Shown piece by piece: positions 54,490-63,760 of a stretch of 64,000 nucleotides of DNA. The notes beneath the pieces were generated by a model that worked only from the letters and a program-made list of their open reading frames with translations, had not been told where the DNA came from and searched no databases. The position numbers and the translations under genes are program-made. The stretch is taken from assembly GCA_903861445.1 (NCBI GenBank), contig CAIOUK010000215.1, positions 393-64,392 of the forward strand. Direction: 5' to 3'. This DNA is from an uncultured Verrucomicrobia subdivision 3 bacterium (lineage in GTDB: Bacteria; Verrucomicrobiota; Verrucomicrobiia; Limisphaerales; UBA11358). Positions within the stretch are counted from its first letter, which is position 1; every line of letters starts with the position of its first letter.

Positions 54490-56913
54490 ATGAAGAAGCT
54501 CATTTGGTATTCACGCGTGCTGGTAATATTCAGTTTAGTGTTGCTAGGCGGAGCCGCCGGCCTTTCAGGTGCTACCGACCAGAAAAAAGCACCACCTGTC
54601 AATCCGGATTTCACTCACGGCGGGCAAAGGGATGATTTTCACGACTGGACGTTGGGGCCGACGGGTTTGCGGGGCTGGATATACGGCAGCAAGTGCGAGA
54701 CGAGCGAGGCGCGCCAAATTCTGGTCACTGCCGTGGCAAAGGGTTCGCCAGCGGATGGCATTTTAACTAATGGGGATGTCATTCTCGGGGTCGGTGGTCA
54801 GCCATTTTCCTGCGATGCCCGCATCAGTTTTGCCAAAGCCATTACCGCTGCTGAAAAAGCGAACTGGTGGAAGGGCGGGAAACTGCAGTTGCTACGCTGG
54901 CGCGCGGGCCAGACTGAAACGGTGGAACTCAAACTCAAGGTCATGGGCACATATAGTGACACCGCGCCGTATGATTGCCCGAAATCAAAAAAGATTTTTG
55001 AGCAGGGCTGCGAGGCGATTGCCAAGCGGGGACTTAACGGTGAATCCATTCCCAATGACATGAACGCGTTGGCGTTGCTGGCCAGCGGCAAGCAGGAATA
55101 CCGGCCCATGCTGGCGGCCTACGCGAAGCAGGTGGCAGAACATCATTTTGATGGTTACCCGAATTGGGATTATGGCTATGCAAATATTTTTCTCGCCGAA
55201 TATGTGCTGACTACGGGTGACCGGTTGGTGTTTGAAGGGTTGAAGCGCATCACCTTGGAGATTGTGCAGAGCCAGAGCGCCGTTGGCACTTGGGGGCATA
55301 ACCCGGCCCGACCGGATGGCAACCTCAACGGCTATGGTTGCATGAACCAGCCGGGGTTGAGTCTGACGATTTCGATGGTGCTGGCGCAGGAGGCTGGGGT
55401 GAATGATCCGGCGCTGGATCGGGCGATAGCGAAGGCGTCCGGCTTCTTGCGCTGGTATGCCAACAAGGGTGCCATTCCTTATGGCGATCATAAGCCGTGG
55501 GACAGCCATGATGATAATGGCAAATCCGGCAGTGCGGCAGTGTTGTTTGATTTGCTGGGCGACCGCGAGGCAGCAGAATTTTTCGCGAAGATGGCTGCCG
55601 CCGGTTACGCCGAGCGCGAGCGCGGGCACACGGGCAATTATTTTAATGTGCTGTGGGCCTTGCCCGGCGTCATCCGTTGCGGACCGCTGACGTCTGGGTC
55701 TTATCTCAAGGAGCAGGCCTGGTATTATGATTTGGCGCGCAGCTGGGATGGTAGCGTTATTTATCAAGGTGAACCACAAGGCGGGGAGGATTTCAGAGAA
55801 TACACCGGGTGGGACTGCACCGGGTCGTATCTGCTGGCCTATGCGGCACCGCAAAAAAGTCTTTATTTGACGGGCAAAAAACCATTTTCGTTTCCCGCGC
55901 TTAATAGCGCTCAAACCGATGAGGTCATTGCGGCGGGTCGTGATTTCACGCCGGCCACCGAGGCGACCTGTTATGATGGACGCTCAACCGAACAGTTGCT
56001 GTCTGGTTTAATGAGCTGGTCGCCGGCCGTGCGACTGCGTTCGGCCCAGTCATTGGCGCAGCGTGAAGGTAACTTTGTGCCGACGCTGCTGAAATTCTTG
56101 GCTAGTCCCAATCAGGACGCCCGCTATGGCGCGTGTTTGGCGCTGGCTAAACTCGGACCAAAGGCCGATCCGGCGGTAGCGCAATTGCGGGCGGCACTCA
56201 AGGATTCCGATCCGTGGGTGCAATACCTTGCCTGTCAGTCCATCGCCGCCCTCAGCCCGGCCGTGCGCGCAACCTGCGTGCCGGATTTATTGAATCTGGC
56301 AATGGCCTCCAATCCCGACGACCCGCGCCATATTGTTCAACGCGCCGTGGGCATGGCATTATTTTCACCTTTTCCTGGCCGGAGCCCCCGGAGCATTCTT
56401 GCAGATTCACTGGTTGGGGTGGATCGCCGTCTGCTCATTCCGGCCATTGAATCCATTTTAAATAACGAAGACGGGGCCGCTCGCGGCAGCGTCGGTGCCA
56501 TTTACGGTAAATTGACCGGCAATGATTTGGCTGTGTTATTGCCATCCATCCTGAAAGCAAGTGAGAAAATGGCACCCAGCGGCGAGATGTTTGCTGAAGG
56601 TATTCGGGTGGAAGGACTGGATTTGTTGTCGCGACTGCATATTCGCGAAGGGATGCCGGTTTGCGTATCGATTAGCGCACCCAAATGGGGGTCGCCCCTC
56701 GCAAAGTGCATGGAATATCTCAAGCGATATGGCGTTCATGCCAAAGAAGTGCTGCCGCAGTTGCGGGAAGTTCGCGGCAAATACGAAGAGCGCCGTGATA
56801 AGGCGGGAGTGGCTCTGATTGACAAGACCATTGCCGAAATTAAGGCCAGCCAGATTGCGCCCCAACTGGTGGGTATTGATGAGTTCACGGCAAAATACAG
56901 GTCGGCGAAGTAA
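54490..56913 (+). CDS. secreted PDZ-like, alpha/alpha-toroid-like and HEAT-repeat protein (paralog 2)
   Basis: ATG 54490 (MKKLIWYSRVLVIFSLVLLGGAAGLSGA). Collinear with 25513-27942 along the whole length. For example VAKGSPADGILTNGDVILGVGGQPF, TAPYDCPKSKKIFEQGC, SAVGTWGHNPARPDGNLNGYG, PYGDHKPWDSHDDNGKSG, GHTGNYFN, and HEAT-like DARYGACLALAKLGPKADPAVAQLRAAL. Confidence 0.8.
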   Translation: MKKLIWYSRVLVIFSLVLLGGAAGLSGATDQKKAPPVNPDFTHGGQRDDFHDWTLGPTGLRGWIYGSKCETSEARQILVTAVAKGSPADGILTNGDVILGVGGQPFSCDARISFAKAITAAEKANWWKGGKLQLLRWRAGQTETVELKLKVMGTYSDTAPYDCPKSKKIFEQGCEAIAKRGLNGESIPNDMNALALLASGKQEYRPMLAAYAKQVAEHHFDGYPNWDYGYANIFLAEYVLTTGDRLVFEGLKRITLEIVQSQSAVGTWGHNPARPDGNLNGYGCMNQPGLSLTISMVLAQEAGVNDPALDRAIAKASGFLRWYANKGAIPYGDHKPWDSHDDNGKSGSAAVLFDLLGDREAAEFFAKMAAAGYAERERGHTGNYFNVLWALPGVIRCGPLTSGSYLKEQAWYYDLARSWDGSVIYQGEPQGGEDFREYTGWDCTGSYLLAYAAPQKSLYLTGKKPFSFPALNSAQTDEVIAAGRDFTPATEATCYDGRSTEQLLSGLMSWSPAVRLRSAQSLAQREGNFVPTLLKFLASPNQDARYGACLALAKLGPKADPAVAQLRAALKDSDPWVQYLACQSIAALSPAVRATCVPDLLNLAMASNPDDPRHIVQRAVGMALFSPFPGRSPRSILADSLVGVDRRLLIPAIESILNNEDGAARGSVGAIYGKLTGNDLAVLLPSILKASEKMAPSGEMFAEGIRVEGLDLLSRLHIREGMPVCVSISAPKWGSPLAKCMEYLKRYGVHAKEVLPQLREVRGKYEERRDKAGVALIDKTIAEIKASQIAPQLVGIDEFTAKYRSAK

Positions 56914-57368
56914 GCTCTAATCCTCAACTCGGCAAGTCCGGTTGCCGCGCCAACGAGTCGTCGGTGGAGTAGGGGGCATGGCCGCCGTGGTTGAGCGTTG
57001 GAACTTGAGCGTCGCTATTTCTATTTTCGCGCGCCGACCCGATTTTCCGATTATGGCGAAGGCACCGTGCGATACTGCTGTTCGCAACAAACTTGGTTGG
57101 TAACAAAATCTGTTTGATGTCCCGCCGACCTCGGCTCACGCTCGCTGCCCACCGGTTAATATGGGAGACCACCTGACTATAATCCCACTCTAAATGAGAA
57201 AAAGGGGGCGCACACCAATTGCAGTGAGTGGGGGCTCCGTGCAGATCAGGGAAACCTGTTGGGCACGCGCCGGCTGTTCTCAGCTAAAAACTGGTATGCC
57301 ACGATGAAGATATCGGGTTCATCAATATAACGAAACAGGGCGAATGCTGGCATTGATTGGCTCCTGAA

Positions 57369-57390
57369 TCTAACCCAAAATTGGGGTAGA
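57369..57390. promoter_or_regulatory. 22-bp near-perfect palindrome TCTAACCCAAAATTGGGGTAGA (operator candidate, copy 1)
   Basis: The arms TCTAACCCAA and TTGGGGTAGA are complementary at 9 of 10 positions around a 2-nt centre. It lies about 230-250 nt upstream of the giant ORF start. A second copy is at 63714-63735. Confidence 0.55.
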
Positions 57391-57544
57391 GTTTAATTGG
57401 GAAATAACTCGCAGCGTGCGATTTGTTGCGGAACATTGAAGTTGTTCTTGTAACTGCCCGGCGGATTAATTTTATTAATCAATAATTTGCGCTGTGGCAG
57501 GAGTAAAGGACTTCCGTTACTTACGCCAACAGAACACGAATCTT

Positions 57545-57572
57545 TACCGTAGCGTTGATACCGTAGCGTTGA
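57545..57572. repeat. perfect 14-bp tandem duplication taccgtagcgttga x2
   Basis: It lies 46 nt upstream of ATG 57618. Confidence 0.9.
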
Positions 57573-57617
57573 AGACGGAAACAGCTGGTTCAAAACTTAT
57601 AAAATTAAGATAAAAAG

Positions 57618-60600
57618 ATGAGGACAGAAATGATCAGAGTAATGGTGAAACGTTTTTCAGTCGCTGTCGCGGCCGGACTGGTGTTCTGTGCGGGTAGTGC
57701 TTTCGCCGATACGATCATCGGCACGGGTGGCACCTATACGATCAACACCACTAACACCACCACCAACGGCACCTTCACGGTGTGGAATGATGCCGGCACG
57801 CTGACGATGTCCAACGGAGCCACCCTGCTGGTTGCGCCCAGCCAGCATCCAGCCACCAATTACAATAACGACGCCATCCTCTTCGCCGGTGGTGCGGGCA
57901 CGAACACCATGAAGTTCAATGACAACGACACCGATTTTCAGATGACCAACTCGGTCAGTTCCACCGCCACCAACGCGCAGACGCTCGCCCTTTATACCGG
58001 CTACCTTGGCAACGGCGACCGCGAAACGGTTACGTTCAGCTCGGGTATCCCGAATGGGACGAGTGGCAATGCTTTGTCACTGGCGGTCTATTTTACTGGC
58101 AATACAGCTGCACAATTAAGTTATGTGAATCTTTATGGGGCCAATACTTTTACTGGCCCAATCACTTTAAAAAAAGTTTCGGGCAGCGGTCTGTTTGGCT
58201 TGACCGTTGGTGGTGAAATTCTTCACCCCAACAGCGCCATCACTGTGATTGGTTCGGGTTCGTTGGGGAACGGAAATTATGCCGGAGCCATTTCCATGGA
58301 TACCAACACATTTTTGAACTTCGCGAGCACGACCGCACAAACGCTCGCCGGCCCCATCTCGGGACCGGGAGCGGTGAAGGTTATCGGCAATGGTGGTTTG
58401 ACTTTGTCCGGCACGAACACTTACACCGGCGGCACCACCATCAGCACGGGTTGCTCGCTGACTTTGGCAACGAATGGCGGATTGAAATTCGTTATTACCG
58501 ATACCAATAACAATACGGTGACGGGCTCCGGCACGGCGTCGGCCACCTTCAATGGCACTTTCACTCTGGATACTTCGGCGGTGACGGTGAACAGCAATTC
58601 CTGGACGTTGGTCAGTGGCATGACTAACAAAATTTATGGCGCCAACTTTGGTTTGACCGGCTTCACCGGTCCCGTGGGCAATCTCTATTCAGGCACGTTT
58701 GGAGGCAGGGCTTGGACGTTCAACAAGACCAACGCGGTATTGCAGATGAATCTACCCGCCCAGATTACGACCTTCAGCACTCTGGGCTATGCCGGCGTCA
58801 TCAACCAGACCAACAAGACGATTTCGTTGACGATTCCCTCCACCAACTCGCTGGCCACGCTGGCACCGACTTACACGCTCACATCGGGAACGTGCAATCA
58901 GCCCAGCGGCTCCGCGCCATCCCCCACTTTTGCGGTGCAAAATCCGGCCATCTACAGCGTGGTGGATGGAACGATCACCAACAACTACACCGTCACCGTC
59001 AATCTATTGGATTTAACTTCCCGGTCGTATTCTGCTTCCTTTTATGTGCTGACCGCAACAAACGGCGCAAACCTGCCGGCTGCAGCCTCGGAAACCAATT
59101 TCCCGATTCTATTGCGGCTGAATGCCAGCAACTTTAATTTCAGTCAGGCCCAGACCAACGGCGCGGACATCCTCTTCACCACCGCCAACAGTAATTCCTT
59201 GCCCTACGAGATCGAGCAGTGGGATGCCGTGAATGGCACGGCCAGCATTTGGGTGCAAATTCCGAGTATCCGGGGCAATACAAACCAGCAACTCCTCATG
59301 TTCTGGGGCAATACCAATGCGATCAGCCAGTCCAGCGGCTCGTCGGTGTTCAACTCAGCCAACGGTTTTGCTTGCGTGCTGCACATGAACGGAACTGCGG
59401 ATTCGACCGGCACGCTGACGCCCACGGACACGGGCACGACGGCGACGAATGGCGCGGTGGGACTGGCGAGGCATTTCAATGGCACCGTGGAGCTGAATTG
59501 CGGAACGAGCATCACTACACTTCCTTCCGGCGGCAACCCGCACACCACCGAAGCTTGGTTCCGAGCCAACGTGTCTCCCGGGACGATGGTGGGGTGGGGA
59601 GTTCAGCAGGGATCGGGCAAAGTGGTCGTGACCGAGGCCAGCCCGCCCCACATTTATGTGGATACCTTTTTTGGCCCCACCTTGAATGGCAATAGCACGC
59701 TATCACTAGCGCAATGGTATCATGTGGCCTATGTTTACACCAACGGAACCGCCAAGGTTTATGTCAATGGTGTGCTGGACGGTTCAATCACGGGCACGCT
59801 GAATATTCCTAATCCGGCGCGAATGGATGTGGGTTTGGGCAGCGCATTTGGTGACGCCGCTTTCATCGGCGATTTGGATGAGGTGCGTATCTCCAGCATG
59901 GCGCGCTCCACCAACTGGCTGTCGCTGGAATATCAAAATCAGAATCCTCTGCAAACGCTGGTGGGCAACCTCGTGCAGCCGGGCACCAACTTTTCTGTTT
60001 CGGCCACGAATGTGACGATGAATGAATCCACCACAACCAATCTGACGGCTCAAGCGGGTGGCGCGGCGAAGGTCTATTGGCTGCTGAAACAAAACGGCCA
60101 GTCAACGGTGCTGGCGGTGGATCAGTTCTTATACACGATTAATGCCGGCCGCGTGACGAGTAACCAATCATTTGTGATTGAATTCAAAGCGGTCTATCCA
60201 GACGGATCGATCCAGACCAATGATATTCCGGTGACGGTGCTGGATACGATTCCCGATCCCATCTTCACGTTAGTCACGTCAACTAATTTGTGGGATGGAC
60301 GTTCGACGTTGACCGTGACGCCGGTGATTTCCAACTGGGCGGCGCTGGTGGTGGCAGGAGCAACCAACCTCAATTACAAATGGAACGTGGCCGGTGTGGC
60401 GGTGACGGCGCAAACGCCGTCCGCGCTGACCGCGCCCGGCGTCTACACGACGACGAATCTAACCTTGTTGCGCGCGCAAGGAAACGGGGTTCTGACCGCG
60501 ACGCTGGCCTTGGATAACGGTGGTGGGGTTAACTCGAATAGTGCCGCTGTGACCGTGCAGCAACCGCTCACCGATGCCTGGGTGGTGCGGACGCCGGGCG

Positions 60601-62501
60601 CCAGTGAAAAGCCGGTAAACAATCAGTTTTATGCGCGGGATAACACCGGCTATGGCACGATTTATTACAACGGCACCATTGGCGGTTCGCCCGACTCGGT
60701 TTTCATGAATATTTATTCCAATGGAGTTCTCTATACCAATATCAGCGTCGTTCCTGCCGGCGGCGTTTATGCTTTGAGTGCGCGGATTCCCTCGGGCTTG
60801 ATTACTTACAGCGTGCAGTTCAGCTCCGTGACCGCTGGCGTGACCAATTTACTGGACACGGAAACCAATCTGGTTTGCGGCGATGCCTACATTATTGAAG
60901 GCCAGTCCAATGCCGAGTCGAAAAACCATTACGGCACGAATAATAACTACTCCATCAACACCTATACCAATCCGTGGATCCGAACCTTTGGCACCCAGGG
61001 CACCAGTGGAGCCACCAATGGCGGGTGGGGCTACGCCGTCGGCGATCCCGGCTCCGGACTTTACGAAATTGGCATCTGGGGTATGTGTCTGGCCAGCAAT
61101 CTGCAGGCGACCTATCAGATTCCCATCTGCATCATGAACGGGGCAGTCGGCGGCACGCTGATTTCCGCGCATCAGGCCAATCCCACCAACCATTACGACG
61201 CGGGTGGCGGCACCTATTCGATTTACGCCAACTTGGTGACCCGCGTGGCGGCGGCCAATCTGACGCATGGCATCCGGGGCGTGCTCTGGCATCAGGGTGA
61301 AAACGACCAGACAGCGGCGGATCCAACTGGCAATTATGACTACGTCAACTACCAGTCCTACTTCATGAATATGTCCGGCGCGTGGAAGACAGATTTCCCG
61401 AACATCCAGCATTATTATATCTTCCAAATCTATCCCAATGCCTGCTCCATCGGTGGCGGATACTGGAGCGATATGATTCGCGAGGTGCAGCGCAACTTAC
61501 CCGGCCTGTATTCCAATATGAGCATCATGTCCACGCTGGCCCAGCCCACAGGCAGCCAGTGTCACTTCTATTCCCCCGACTATTGCCAGTTGGCCTATAA
61601 TATGTTCCCGCTGGTTGCGCGTGACAATTACGGCTTAGTCCCAACGAATGATATCACGGTGCCCAATATCATCAGCGCCGCCTTTACTACCACTAATCGC
61701 AATCAAATTGCGCTGGTGTTCAACCAGAACATGACTTGGAACAACGCCGTCACGGCCAACTTCTATCTCGACCGTCTCGCCGGCTGGGTCGCCGCCGGCA
61801 GTGCCAGCAACAACGTCATCACGCTGACCTTGAGCGGTTCTTCAACGAACCAGACGATTGATTATGTGGTGGATCAATATTGGACTTCAACCAGTGTGAC
61901 CAACTTTTCTGCCATGCTCACCGGCTCCAACGGCCTTGCTGCGCTTACGTTTTATGCGGTGCCGATTGCGCCGCCACCGGCGGTCGCCTCCGCGTCTGCG
62001 CCGCTGATTAACGGCCTGCTGCCGGCCACTGGCCGCACCAATGGCGGAACGGTGGTGACCATCACCGGCACCAACTTTTTGAGCGGTGCGAGTGTGCTGT
62101 TCGGCGGCAACAACGCCACCGGCGTCAGTGTTATCAGTTCAAACCAAATCACGGCGTCGACTCCGGCCAACAGCCCCGGCGCGGTGAATGTTGCGGTGAT
62201 CAACACCAACGGTCTCGCGGTGACGAATTTGAATGCGTTCACCTATATGCTGCCGCCGGTGCAAGTGCCCATTGCCGGCACCGCCGTGCAGCTCGTCGGC
62301 ACCAACCTGATGCTGGTTTGGGCGGGGGCGACCAATCAGTCTTGTGTGCTGCTCATGGCCACGAACATATTGCAACCGCGCAACACTTGGATACCGGTGG
62401 CCACCAATCCCGTCGGGCCGAGTGGAGTTTCGACGAACAGTATTCCCGTCAACACCAGCGGGCCGCAGCGCTATTATCTGCTCTCCATTCCATACAATTG
62501 A
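57618..62501 (+). CDS. giant secreted multidomain protein: beta-strand-repeat (PATR-like) region, DUF2341/LamG module, Ig-like region, SASA/SGNH-type carbohydrate esterase domain, IPT/TIG domain
   Basis: Signal peptide MVKRFSVAVAAGLVFCAGSAFA. ATG 57630 has a GAGGA 6 nt upstream and may be the true start. GT-rich beta repeats (LTLSGTNTYTGGTTIS). NFPILLRLNASNFNFSQAQTNGADILFTT...YEIEQWD (DUF2341-like), then a LamG-like stretch (WYHVAYVYTNGTAKVYVNGVLDG...GDLDEVRIS). Esterase-like CGDAYIIEGQSNAE ... GVLWHQGENDQ. IPT/TIG GRTNGGTVVTITGTNFLSGASVLFGG. Confidence 0.85.
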   Translation: MRTEMIRVMVKRFSVAVAAGLVFCAGSAFADTIIGTGGTYTINTTNTTTNGTFTVWNDAGTLTMSNGATLLVAPSQHPATNYNNDAILFAGGAGTNTMKFNDNDTDFQMTNSVSSTATNAQTLALYTGYLGNGDRETVTFSSGIPNGTSGNALSLAVYFTGNTAAQLSYVNLYGANTFTGPITLKKVSGSGLFGLTVGGEILHPNSAITVIGSGSLGNGNYAGAISMDTNTFLNFASTTAQTLAGPISGPGAVKVIGNGGLTLSGTNTYTGGTTISTGCSLTLATNGGLKFVITDTNNNTVTGSGTASATFNGTFTLDTSAVTVNSNSWTLVSGMTNKIYGANFGLTGFTGPVGNLYSGTFGGRAWTFNKTNAVLQMNLPAQITTFSTLGYAGVINQTNKTISLTIPSTNSLATLAPTYTLTSGTCNQPSGSAPSPTFAVQNPAIYSVVDGTITNNYTVTVNLLDLTSRSYSASFYVLTATNGANLPAAASETNFPILLRLNASNFNFSQAQTNGADILFTTANSNSLPYEIEQWDAVNGTASIWVQIPSIRGNTNQQLLMFWGNTNAISQSSGSSVFNSANGFACVLHMNGTADSTGTLTPTDTGTTATNGAVGLARHFNGTVELNCGTSITTLPSGGNPHTTEAWFRANVSPGTMVGWGVQQGSGKVVVTEASPPHIYVDTFFGPTLNGNSTLSLAQWYHVAYVYTNGTAKVYVNGVLDGSITGTLNIPNPARMDVGLGSAFGDAAFIGDLDEVRISSMARSTNWLSLEYQNQNPLQTLVGNLVQPGTNFSVSATNVTMNESTTTNLTAQAGGAAKVYWLLKQNGQSTVLAVDQFLYTINAGRVTSNQSFVIEFKAVYPDGSIQTNDIPVTVLDTIPDPIFTLVTSTNLWDGRSTLTVTPVISNWAALVVAGATNLNYKWNVAGVAVTAQTPSALTAPGVYTTTNLTLLRAQGNGVLTATLALDNGGGVNSNSAAVTVQQPLTDAWVVRTPGASEKPVNNQFYARDNTGYGTIYYNGTIGGSPDSVFMNIYSNGVLYTNISVVPAGGVYALSARIPSGLITYSVQFSSVTAGVTNLLDTETNLVCGDAYIIEGQSNAESKNHYGTNNNYSINTYTNPWIRTFGTQGTSGATNGGWGYAVGDPGSGLYEIGIWGMCLASNLQATYQIPICIMNGAVGGTLISAHQANPTNHYDAGGGTYSIYANLVTRVAAANLTHGIRGVLWHQGENDQTAADPTGNYDYVNYQSYFMNMSGAWKTDFPNIQHYYIFQIYPNACSIGGGYWSDMIREVQRNLPGLYSNMSIMSTLAQPTGSQCHFYSPDYCQLAYNMFPLVARDNYGLVPTNDITVPNIISAAFTTTNRNQIALVFNQNMTWNNAVTANFYLDRLAGWVAAGSASNNVITLTLSGSSTNQTIDYVVDQYWTSTSVTNFSAMLTGSNGLAALTFYAVPIAPPPAVASASAPLINGLLPATGRTNGGTVVTITGTNFLSGASVLFGGNNATGVSVISSNQITASTPANSPGAVNVAVINTNGLAVTNLNAFTYMLPPVQVPIAGTAVQLVGTNLMLVWAGATNQSCVLLMATNILQPRNTWIPVATNPVGPSGVSTNSIPVNTSGPQRYYLLSIPYN

Positions 62502-62536
62502 GCCGTCGGTGACAGTCCGCCGGCCGTTTGGACAAC

Positions 62537-62564
62537 AGCCTGACTTTTACAGCCTGACTTTTAC
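62537..62564. repeat. perfect 14-bp tandem duplication agcctgacttttac x2
   Basis: It lies 36 nt downstream of the giant ORF stop. The unit is two heptads of the ctgactt family seen in other spacers. Confidence 0.9.
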
Positions 62565-62568
62565 GAAT

Positions 62569-62610
62569 AACCGCACCGTTCTGCTGCAGATCAATCTAAC
62601 GGTCGCGGTT
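62569..62610. terminator. long hairpin between the convergent giant ORF and regulator gene (possible bidirectional terminator)
   Basis: aaccgcaccgtt (62569-62580) pairs with aacggtcgcggtt (62598-62610): 12 bp with one bulged C and a 17-nt loop. There is no clear U-tract on the plus strand. Confidence 0.4.
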
Positions 62611-62634
62611 AGCAACAACCCAGCGATTTCATAT

Positions 62635-63705
62635 TCATTTAGCAACGGGCGGCGGCGCGACCGTGCCTCCGGGGATAAATTTGGCAGGGAAAGCGTGCTG
62701 GCGGAGATCGCGTTTGCCTCGACTTACATGGTTCGCCCAGCGGAGGATGCACCGAACTAATTGACTGAAATCCTGCTGCATGCGGGTGACCGTGGGCACA
62801 CACCACTCAAAAATCGGTTCGTGTCCCAGAAAAATCAATGAGACATCCTGGGGCACGCGCAGTCCCCGTGTCGCGAGAAAATGATTCGTCGCCGCGAACA
62901 ACTCCGGTTCATCCACCAGCAACCCAGTCGGCGCGGTGACTTGAAACAATTTGGCAAGGCATTTTTGAAAGCCTGGCACGCTTTCTTCCCAATCCGGCAG
63001 CACATAAGGCGAAGCCGGGATGCCGTAGGCGGCCAGCGCGGTCAGAAATGCTGTGGGCAGCTGGCCCATGATCGGCTGCCGATGTTGGCGGCGGACCAGC
63101 ATGACGATTCGCCGGTGACCCAGTTTTAGCAGTGATTGGGTGCCTTCTTCGATCGCCGCCATACAGTCTGGGCCGGCGGCAGCGATGGGTTGGCCGCGCC
63201 AGCCCCCAAATAGCGCAAAAGCGGGCGTTTTTTGCTGGGCGAACCATGTGATCACTTCCACTGAACCGCACGCCACCACCCACGCATCTGCCTTGGTGCG
63301 GGCTACCATCTTGGCGATGCGACCCACGTCCATATTCAATTCCAGCAAAGTTTTTGGGGTGTGAAATGAGACGTGTCCTGCCTCCGCCAGCCGATGTTGC
63401 AAGTCCACCACATACGTCCAGGAACGATCTGCCGGTGTCCACACCAGCAAGGCCACCCGCATCGGGGAACCCCCCCCGCCTTTCAACGGAACAATGCGGC
63501 GACTTCGGCGTAAGCCTTGGCTGAGCAACAATCCTTCCTGTTCGAGTTGCCTCATCGCCGCATCCACTGTCTTACGGTTTATCCCCAGTTCCACCGCCAA
63601 CCGATCCGCCCCAGGTATGGTATCTTGCCAACGCCCCCGGATCAAATCGGCGCGCAAATGGGCGGCGACCTGGTTGGCGGACGAAAGCAGAGCAAATGAT
63701 GGCAT
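62635..63705 (-). CDS. transcriptional regulator with a GntR-type HTH and a LacI/periplasmic-binding-protein-type sugar-binding domain
   Basis: ATG 63705 (the ORF-track TTG is at 63711). HTH region IPGADRLAVELGINRKTVDAAMRQLEQEGLL, then a ~270 aa PBP-like domain (RVALLVW..., VVACGSVEV..., RIVMLV..., PTGLLVDEPELF..., VPQDVSLIFLG). Confidence 0.75.
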   Translation of the reverse strand: MPSFALLSSANQVAAHLRADLIRGRWQDTIPGADRLAVELGINRKTVDAAMRQLEQEGLLLSQGLRRSRRIVPLKGGGGSPMRVALLVWTPADRSWTYVVDLQHRLAEAGHVSFHTPKTLLELNMDVGRIAKMVARTKADAWVVACGSVEVITWFAQQKTPAFALFGGWRGQPIAAAGPDCMAAIEEGTQSLLKLGHRRIVMLVRRQHRQPIMGQLPTAFLTALAAYGIPASPYVLPDWEESVPGFQKCLAKLFQVTAPTGLLVDEPELFAATNHFLATRGLRVPQDVSLIFLGHEPIFEWCVPTVTRMQQDFSQLVRCILRWANHVSRGKRDLRQHAFPAKFIPGGTVAPPPVAK

Positions 63706-63713
63706 GGTCAAAA

Positions 63714-63735
63714 TCTAGCCCAAGATTGGGGTAGA
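63714..63735. promoter_or_regulatory. 22-bp near-perfect palindrome TCTAGCCCAAGATTGGGGTAGA (operator candidate, copy 2)
   Basis: It begins 9 nt upstream of the regulator's ATG, in the divergent spacer, and matches copy 1 at 20 of 22 positions. Confidence 0.55.
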
Positions 63736-63760
63736 GCACAAATAATTTATCATTCTTGGC

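Noticed and set aside
56924-57593. Minus-strand ORFs 56924-57172 (82 aa) and 57393-57593 (66 aa) in the spacer upstream of the giant gene
   Set aside because: They have no motifs, odd composition, and the second is built across the 14-bp tandem duplication. They are more likely non-coding regulatory DNA.
62250-62501. PEP-CTERM or another known sorting signal at the C-terminus of the giant protein, given the exosortase in the window
   Set aside because: The tail ends ...NTSGPQRYYLLSIPYN with no PEP motif, no terminal TM helix and no basic cluster. Both PDZ/HEAT paralogs also lack such a signal.
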